Assembly: GCA_043228905.1 (NCBI GenBank)
Contig: JBHGNT010000001.1
Span: 12,028,001 to 12,092,000 of the forward strand
From: Azolla caroliniana
Taxonomy: Eukaryota; Plantae; Polypodiophyta
Direction of reading: 5' to 3'
DNA: 64,000 nucleotides
Part shown: positions 56,101 to 64,000 of the stretch, piece after piece
How the letters are laid out: every line of letters starts with the position of its first letter
How positions within the stretch are numbered: the first letter of the stretch is position 1
The notes under the pieces: model-generated
Databases searched by the model: none
What the model was told of the DNA's origin: nothing
The model's input: only the letters and a program-made list of their open reading frames with translations
Made by a program: the position numbers and the translations under genes

Positions 56101-58564
56101 GGCGTCTTCGGCACAGTAAACTCGAGCCGGATTCCCTTCGAGCGACAGTACTCCTTGAACTGCCCCCGGTATTCCCCTCCGTTATCCGCTCGTATCGCTT
56201 TCAGCTTCTTGCCGGATTCCCTTTCCACTCTCGCGTGGAGTTCTTTGAAGACGCACAACACTTGGTCCTTTGTCTTCAACGGTGCCGTCCACAGCTTCCG
56301 GATGTGGTCATCAATGAATGTCACGAAGTACTGGGCTCCGCCATGTGACTTCGTCTCTACTTGACACACGTCAGTGTGCACCAACTCCAATGGTGCGCTA
56401 CGTCTCGTCGGTGGCCTTGAGTGGAAGGAGGTTCAGTTCTGCTTACCGGCCAGGCAATCGGTGCACTTCTCCAGGTGCACATGCTTCACTGGAATAAGGT
56501 TGTCTTCTGCAAGCCTCTTCATCCCCTTCTCACTCATGTGGCACAGTCTCTTGTGCCACAGCTCACCGGCAGTGTCGGCTGCCACGTTCAACTCCTCCGG
56601 ACACAACCAGGCATTCATAAGGTACAGTGTGTTGACTTTCCGGGCCCGAGCCACTATCAGGCTCCCCTTGCTGAACTTCATTACGCAGTTCCGGATGCTA
56701 CCTGTGTAGCCTTCATCGTCTAGCCTCCCGGCCGAAATCAGGTTCAATCGAACCTCCGGAACGTGTCGGACATCCTTCAGCAACATTTTGCATCCGGTCG
56801 AGGTTGTCAAGCACACGTCTCCTATGCCGGCAATCCGGCACGTACCTTCATTTCCCATCCGAACACAGCCATGCTCACCGGCTGTGTAGGATGAGAAGTA
56901 TCTTCTTTCCGGGGTCAGGTGGAACGACGCTCCGGAATCGACCACCCAGGTAGTCTCATCGCCGGCAATGTTTAGTTCACCTTCTTCGGTGATGAGTATG
57001 ATCTCCTCTTCACTTGCCGCGAGTGCCGTCGTTCCTTTCCGGTCCTGCCCTCGCCGATCCGAACCATTCCGGTCCGTGGCTCCCCGGTAAGCACCGTTCC
57101 GTTCCGAAGACTTCTTCGAATCGGTGTCGTCGGCGCCGTTGTCTTTTCGGTAATGCCGACAATTCTTTCGGAAGTGCCCCGGCTTCCCACAGTGGAAGCA
57201 TGTGGGCCTTCCTCTTGACTGCGACCGGGTCCCCGACTTCTCCCGTCTTTGCGGACTCCGGTTCCGTTGTCTTCCCCGATCCGATTCGGTAAGCAGCATC
57301 TTCGGATCGGAGGCCGGTTCTTTATCTCTCCGACGCGCTTCTTCGTTCAAAATGCTTGTCTTTACCGTTTGTAGGGACAAGTTATCTTCGGTGCAGGAGG
57401 TGCTGAGAGTCACCACCAAGTTCTCCCAGCTTTCCGGCAATGTACACATCAGCATGATGGCTTGCATTGCATCCTCCAACGGGAACTTGATCGCCGCAAG
57501 CTGGTTCACGAATCCCATGAACGTGCTTACGTGTTCCACCATACTCTCGTCGTCCCGGTACTTGAGGTTCACTATCTTCCTCATCAGGGAGGTCCGGTTC
57601 AACGCATTCTTCCTCTCGTAGAGGCCCGACAGCTTCTGCCACATCTCATATGCGTTGGTGTCGTTCGCCACATGTTGTAGAACGCTCACGTCGACGTATT
57701 GCCGAATGGTTGCAACGGCTTTCCGGTTCAAAAGCCTCCATTCCGTCTCAAGTACCCCCTTGGGTATTTCCGACCTGTCGATCGGTTCATACAGGTCCCG
57801 AACAATGAGCAGATCCTCCATCTTTATCTTCCAGTCGGCGTAGTTCTGCGCATTCAGCACCATCATCCCCGGCTGCCCGCTGCTGCCGCCTTCCATTTTC
57901 TGCACTGCAATCGCTCTGATACCAGATTGTTAGGAATTGACGCTTTCAAAACCTTCACCTCTCGGCCACAACCGAGGAAACACGAGTCAATGCAGCAGTA
58001 AATCGAAAACACAGAGAGAGACTCGAATGCACAGGGTTTAGCGTGGAAAACCCTAGACGGGAAAAACCACGGGAGTGCAAGACTCCAACTATCACTATAC
58101 GCAGGGAATGTACAATGGCGAGCTGCAAGGCGACGACCTTGAGCTCGCTGTCCTCGCCACAGGCGGCGGTATTACACAGAGGCGTCGACCTCTTCCTTTC
58201 TCTCTCTCTCACTCTCTCTCTCTCGGCTGCTCTCACTTCCCTCCCTCTAAGTGGAAAACAGAAAAAATGAGCAACAACTACAAAACTGTTTGCCCTAAGT
58301 CATATTTATACACATATGACTTTCGGGCTATTTACAAATATAGCCTCAAGGGCCCTTGGCAAACATATTCACAAATATGTCCCCGCATCCGGATCTCTCT
58401 CCGGGTACATTCATCATCCGGCTCCGTAGCCGGGGTCTTCATCATCCGGATCCGGAACCGGGTCTTCATCATCCGGCTCCGGAACCGGGTCTTCATCATT
58501 CAGGTCTTCATTCCCGATTCCCGGACATCCGACCATCCCATCCGGAGGGACAGTAATCCCAACA
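53176..58564 (-). mobile_element. Young near-intact Tork/Tnt1-like copia Q
   Basis: 637-bp LTRs at 53176-53812 and 57928-58564, with about 7 substitutions by eye. TSD GGTGC. PBS at 57924-57913 and PPT at 53815-53824. Confidence 0.97.
53823..57905 (-). pseudogene. gag-pol: Gag-Pol of Q: one continuous frame with two premature stops (56433-56435 TGA, 55005-55007 TAG)
   Basis: ORFs 56433..57905, 55005..56390 and 53823..54956 share a frame. CFHCGKPGHFRKNC, DSGAS, HTDVC/RADNGGEY, YVDD and YCDNQS are present. Confidence 0.95.
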
Positions 58565-59436
58565 GGTGCTTCAGCGGTTCAACATGTTAGAAGCGAAACT
58601 GATCGGATCGACACTCCCGGCAAACTGCAGATTATCCGGTAAGCAAAGCCCGAAGACGAAAGCAAAGAAGGCAGATATGACGAAGGTTCCATATGCTTCT
58701 GCCGTCGGGAGCTTGATGTACGCAATGGTGTGTACTCGACTGGATATTGGATACACAGTCGGAGTGGTGAGCCGGTTTATGAGCAATCCCGGCAAGGAGC
58801 ACTGGAATGCGATCAAATGGATACTCCGGTACTTGAAGCACACTTCGAATATGTGTCTCCGATTCGGTTCCAGTAAACCTCAACTTGACGGTTTTACCGA
58901 TTCGGACATGTCGGCTGACGTGGATACCAGTCTACATCCGGGTATGTAATGACATATGCAAGGGGAGCTGTTTCGTGGCAGTCAAGGCTGTAGAAGACGG
59001 TTGCGTTGTCAACCACGGAGGCGGAGTACATGGCGGCTGTGGAAGCCGGCAAGGAAATATTATGGATGAAGGACTTCATCGGTGAGCTCAATATCCGGCA
59101 AGATGAATACCGGCTCTATTGCGACAGTCAAAGTGCCATCCACCTTGCTAAGAACGCAACGTACCATTCCAAGACGAAGCACATCCAGCGAAGGTATCAC
59201 TGGATCCGGGAGCGAGTAGAAGATCAAGAGTTCGCACTGACGAAGATCCACACGGCCGAGAACGGGTCAGATATGCTGACCAAAGTACTGATACCCGACA
59301 AGCTGGATGCATACCGGAAGCGGATCATACTAGTAAGACATCCCATGCCGGAGTGAAGGGGGAGTTTGTTAGGAAATAGGTCCCTCTAGATGGGAAGTGA
59401 GAAGAACAATGTTGATGAGCAAACTCAGTCAAGGCT

Positions 59437-59670
59437 AAGAACCAGATGTGGAGTACCCGGCAACGGAAGACCCGGTGAGAACCGGATGACGAGTACCCGG
59501 CAACAGAAGACCCGGTGAGAACCGGATGTGGAGTACCCGGCAATGGAAGACCCGGTGAGAACCGGATGTGGAGTACCTGGCAACGGAAGACCCGGTGAGA
59601 ACCGGATGACGAGTGCCCGGCAAGGAAGACCCGGTGAGAACTGGATATTGTAGGCCCGGTGAGAACCTCA
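59437..59670 (+). repeat. 40-bp tandem array in U3 of the P LTRs (also about 49284-49437)
   Basis: GAGAACCGGATG(TG/AC)GAGTACCCGGCAACGGAAGACCCGGT units. Confidence 0.9.
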
Positions 59671-60287
59671 CATTGGATGGAAGGGATATATATGTAAATA
59701 TGTTCCAGAGAGCCCACTGGGGCTATATTTGTAAACAGCCCGAAAGTCATATTAGTATAAATATGATCTAGGGCAAACTTAATAGCGATGATGATGATAG
59801 AGTTATTGGTGTAACGACTGTACAGAGACAGAGACAGAGAGAGCGATACAGAGCATGTCTCTGTTGTAACTGCCGCTAGGCGAAGATTGTGAGCAAGAGG
59901 TCGTTGCCTCTGTGCTCCCTGTTGTATTACTTTATAGAGTGATAGTTTGGAGTTTGTGGACTCCCGTGGTTTTTCCCTCTCAGGGTTTTCCACGCTAATA
60001 TCTTGTGTATTCTCTTTCTGTTTTTGTCGACTTTCCTCCATTCCCATTTCGTCTTCGTTTTGATTGTCATTAAGTGTTCTACGCTTCGGTTGTGGCCAGA
60101 GATTAATCCACGTATTTCACTTCAATAACTGAGCTCCTACACTAACTCCCAAATATATTCCCTTGCAGAATATCTGTCCAACGGCCTCCCGGTTTCTGCA
60201 CCGATCCGGCCTAACCGATCGGTCCAAACTGATCCGGTTCTCGGCTTGCACAGCCGATCCGGCCAATGTTGAGCTTGTATCTCAACA

Positions 60288-60565
60288 AGAAGGCCAAGAC
60301 CCGGACGTGGTCCGATGTGGTAAAGGGCTTGAAGACTGATGATGATTTGGAGAAAGCCAATTTGGACAAGAGCTGGAACGAATCGGAGGCAGCCGATTCT
60401 GAAGGGGAGTTCGGTTAGGAGGAGCCGGATCACCTGAAAGCCAACCAAACGGGTCGAGGAGCGCGAGCTAGGAGTGTTGAGCGGAACAGCTCAACCGGAT
60501 CCAGTTTGGCTAAATAAGCTAGAGCCGGATCGGAATCCGAAAAGGAGAACCAGATCTGTGTTTGG
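60288..60565 (+). mobile_element. 3' end and 3' LTR start (60475) of another A/F-lineage copia R
   Basis: AGAAGGCCAAGACCCGGACGTGGTCCGAT..AAGGGC is homologous to the 3' region of F. The LTR begins TGTTGAGCGGAACAGCTCAAC. Confidence 0.65.
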
Positions 60566-63500
60566 TGACGGGAACTACACGCTCCGATGAACACCGCTCG
60601 GCCACAACTGAGCTTAGAATCAAACACAGAAAATGGGAATGAAAGACACGACACAAAGGACAGAAGAGTACACAGGATGTTTAACGTGGAAAACCCTGAG
60701 AGGGAAAAACCACGGGAGTCCACAGACTCCAAACAATCACTATATAGGAATGTACAATGGTGGAGCATCGAGGCAACGACCTCGAGCTTGCTATCTTCGC
60801 CACAGTCGGCGGTTACAACAGAGGCAACGACCTCTTCCTCTCCCTCTCTCTCTCTCTCTCTGTACACTGTTACGCGCTCTCTAGTTTTTTCACAAACAAG
60901 AATAACAAAAAAAACACCCCACACAGTTTGCCCTAAGTCATATTTATACTAATATGACTTTTCGGCTATTTACAAATATAGTCCCGATGGGCTCTCAGAA
61001 ACATATTCACGAATATGTCCCTCCATCCGGTGAGCACTCCTCACCGGGCCTACATCATCCATCCGGTGAGCCCTCCTCACCGGTCCTGCATCATCCGACT
61101 CTTGTCGGGTACTCGTCATCCGGTTCTCACCGGGTCTTTTGTTGTCGGGTCTTCACCATCCGGCTCTTGCCGGGTACTTGTCATCCGGTTCTCACTGGGT
61201 CTTCCGTTGTCGGGTATTCCACATCCGGTTTCACTTCCCATCCGGAGGGACCTGTTTCCTAACAAACTCCCCCTTCACTCCGGCATGGGATGTCTTACTA
61301 GTCCGATCCGCTTCCGGCATGCATCCAGCTTGTCACGTATCAGTACTTTGGTCAGCATATCTGACCCGTTCTCAGCCGTGTGGATCTTCGTCAGCGCGAA
61401 CTCCTGGTCATCTACTCTTTCCCGGATCCAGTGATACCTTCGATGGATATGCTTCGTCCGGGAATGGTAGGCCGCATTCTTAGCAAGGTGGATGGCACTT
61501 TGACTGTCGCAATAGAACCGATATTCATCTTGTCGGATACCGAGCTCTCCGATGAAGTTCTTCATCCATAATATTTCCTTGCCGGCTTCCACAGCCGCCA
61601 TGTACTCCGCCTCCGTGGTTGACAACGCAACCATCTTCTGCAGCCTCGACTGCCACGAAACAGCTCCCCCTGCATATGTCATTACATACCCGGACGTAGA
61701 CCGGTTGGTATCCACATCAGCCGACATGTCCGAATCAGTAAAACCGTCAAGTTGAGGTTTTCCGGAGCCGAATCAGAGACACATGTTCGAAGTGCCCTTC
61801 AAGTATCGGAGTATCCATTTGACCGCATTCCAATGCTCCTTGCCGGGATTGCTCATAAACTGGCTCACCACTCTGACTGTGTATCCTATATCTGGTCGGG
61901 TACACACCATAGCGTACATTAAGCTCCCAACGGCAGAGGCATATGGAACCTTCATCATATAAGCCTTCTCTACTTTCGTCTTCGGGCTTTGCTTACCGGA
62001 TAACCTGCAGTTTGCCGGGAGTGTCGATCCGACCGGTTTCGCATCTGACATGTTGAACCGTTGAAGCACCTTTGTCACGTATTTCTCCTGTGACAGTCAC
62101 AATTGCTTCATTGACTGGTTCCGGATAATATGCATCCCCAGCATCTGTCTTGCTGGACCCAAGTCTTTCATTGAGAAGGTCTCGTTGAGAGCCTTCTTCA
62201 GCATCCGTATTTTGGCTTGGTCCCGTCCAACTATCAACATGTCGTCCACGTATAGAAGGAGTATCAAGAAGTCGCCTCCTTCGAACTTCTTCACAAACAC
62301 GCAGTGATCGGCCTGCGTCTTGTGGTACCCTTGATCGGTCATGAAGGAGTCGAACTTCTGGTACCATTGTCGGGGAGCCTGCTTCAGTCTGTACAGGCTC
62401 TTCTTCAACCGGCATACCAGGTGCTCCTTCCCCTTCTCCACGAATCCTTCCAGTTGCTGCATGTAGATCTCCTCTTCGAGGTCACCGTGAAAGAATGTCG
62501 TCTTCACGTCCAGCTGCTCTACCTCGAGGTCCATGCTTGCCGCTATACTCAGCACCGTCCAGATGGAGGTCATCTTTACTACCGGGGCAAATATCTCGTC
62601 GAAGTCCACGCCCTTCTTCTGCTGGAACGCCTTCATCACGATCCTAGCTTTGTATCTCGGGGGGTTGCCGGCATCTCCCGGTTTCAACTTGTACACCCAC
62701 TTATTTCGGAGTGCCCGCTTTCCTTTCGGCAACTCCACCAACTCGTACGTATGGTTCTCATGCAGGGAATCCATCTCATCCTGCATGGCACTTAACCATT
62801 TGCGGTTGTGGGTGTCATCCTTCGCCTCTACGAAGCTTTCTGGCTCCCCCTCATCGGTTAGCAGCACATGCTCTGCATCCGGAAATCTCCGGGGGGGCCT
62901 TCTCTCTCTGAGAGGATATCTCCGTCTTTGGGCTTCGGTAACCGGGCCCTCCATTCGCTCTTCATCTGAATCCGATTCAGGGTCTTGGCCGGTTCCGGTT
63001 TCAGCTTCCTCTACTTCTTCTTCCGCCGGTTCGATATCCTCACCGTAACCGCCTAGTTCCTCGAGTGCTAACCGGTCTCTTGCCAGTTGGGTCTGCTCAT
63101 TGTAGAATCAATCCTTACCGGTCGACTCGGAGTTCATTATCTTCTTCTCCAACTCCCAGTTGGCGAGCGTCTTGTCCTCCATAAAGATAATATCTCGACT
63201 CTGAAATACCTTCTTGTCGACCAGGTGCCACACTCGGTAGCCGAACTCATCGTCGTCGTAACCGAGGAATATGCATAGCCGGGTCTTTGGATCCAACTTT
63301 CCTCTCCGGTCCTTAGCAACATGCACGTACGCAAGACACCTGAATACTCTCATATGCCGGTAGGACACTTCCTTACCCGTCGAGACTCTCTGTGGCGTGT
63401 CTCCGTCCAAGGGTACTAAGGGTGATCTGTTTATCACATATGTCGGCGTCAACAGTGCCTCAGCCCAAAACTTCTTGGGTAGTTTTGCATGTGCTAGCAT

Positions 63501-64000
63501 ACTCCGGACCCTCTCCATTATGGTCTGGTTCATCCTCTAGGCCAGACCGTTTAGTTCCGGCGTCTTCGGCACGGTAATTCGAGCCGGATTCCCTTCAAGC
63601 GACAGTACTCCTCGAACTGCCCCCGGTATTCACCTCCGTTATCTGCTCGAACCGCCTTCAGCTTCTGGCCGGTTTCTCTTTCCACTCTCCCGTGGAGCTC
63701 TTTGAAGACGGATAGCACCTGATCCTTCGTCTTCAACGGTGTGGCCCACAGCTTCCGGCTATGGTCATCTATAAACGTCACGAAGTACTATGATCCTGCA
63801 TGTGATTTCGTGTCTACTAGACACACATCAGTATGCACCAACTCCAATGGTGCATTACGTCTCATCGGTGGCCTTGGTCGGAAGGAGGTCTGGTTTTGCT
63901 TACCGGCCAGACAATTAGTGCACTTCTCCAAGTGCACGTTCTTCACTGGAATGAGGTTGTCGTCTGCAAGCCTCTTCATCCCCTTCTCGCTCATGTGACA
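60566..64000 (-). mobile_element. Tork/Tnt1-like copia S (3' LTR about 60566-61264, then RH-RT-INT; runs off the window)
   Basis: The LTR is related to those of P and Q. PPT at 61267-61276. ORFs 61275..61727, 61773..62078, 62097..62954 and 63108..63533 are very similar to P and Q pol. Confidence 0.9.

Larger units (their letters stand above)
49923..59356 (+). pseudogene. copia polyprotein of P (49923-53175 and 58570-59356)
   Basis: VVDSGASFH, LWHKRLCHMSEKG, VHTDVC, YVDN, EKYVTKV|LQRFNM, YCDSQSAIHL. Confidence 0.92.
49214..60124 (+). mobile_element. Degenerate full-length Tork/Tnt1-like copia P
   Basis: LTRs 49214-49891 and 59367-60124. TSD ATAAT/ATAAC. PBS at 49895-49906 and PPT GAAGGGGGAG at about 59355-59364. 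The polyprotein at 49923-59356 has stops and is split by Q. Confidence 0.93.
48545..60287 (-). mobile_element. 5' part of copia O (F-like): gag 48545-48905, PBS 48984-48995, 5' LTR split into 48996-49213 and 60130-60287
   Basis: Gag reads MDRAMASSLPTEKLDRSDYASWSYKMHEYLLGHGYW. The LTR shares TATACAAGTCCATACGGACTGACAGAAGT and ...GTTGAGCTTG..CTCAACA with the F LTR. Confidence 0.8.

Noticed and set aside
53928-57843. Antisense ORFs over copia pol (also 52139-52708 and 62304-63048)
   Set aside because: These are shadow frames of the polyprotein codon bias, repeated only because the parent elements are homologous.

Overview
The whole 64 kb is a nest of plant LTR retrotransposons, with no host gene visible. 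The mix of lineages suggests a non-seed plant such as a fern, lycophyte or bryophyte (inference). About 17 insertions can be delimited by their TG...CA ends, TSDs, PBS and PPT, nested up to five levels deep. (1) One young, intact Ty3/gypsy chromovirus lies at 2365-9478, with LTRs identical by eye and a 1466-aa gag-pol. A decayed relative starts at about 40891. (2) Two Tcn1-like chromoviruses lie at 12042-17810 and about 33610-39189. (3) A group of tRNA-Trp-primed, gag-only gypsy-type elements and their solo LTRs occurs throughout. (4) Ty1/copia elements of two lineages are present, including a near-intact one at 53176-58564. The main signals are: a Tf1-type self-priming site, a heat-shock-element array and a tRNA-like A-box/B-box module in the Tcn1-like LTRs; a -1 frameshift cassette shared by both Tcn1-like copies; 4-bp NCGN (CpG-centred) target duplications for the Trp-primed group; a covarying RNA structure plus splice signals in the long leader of the two chromoviruses; a hairpin enclosing the PPT in one copia lineage; and a capsid-swapped copia chimera.
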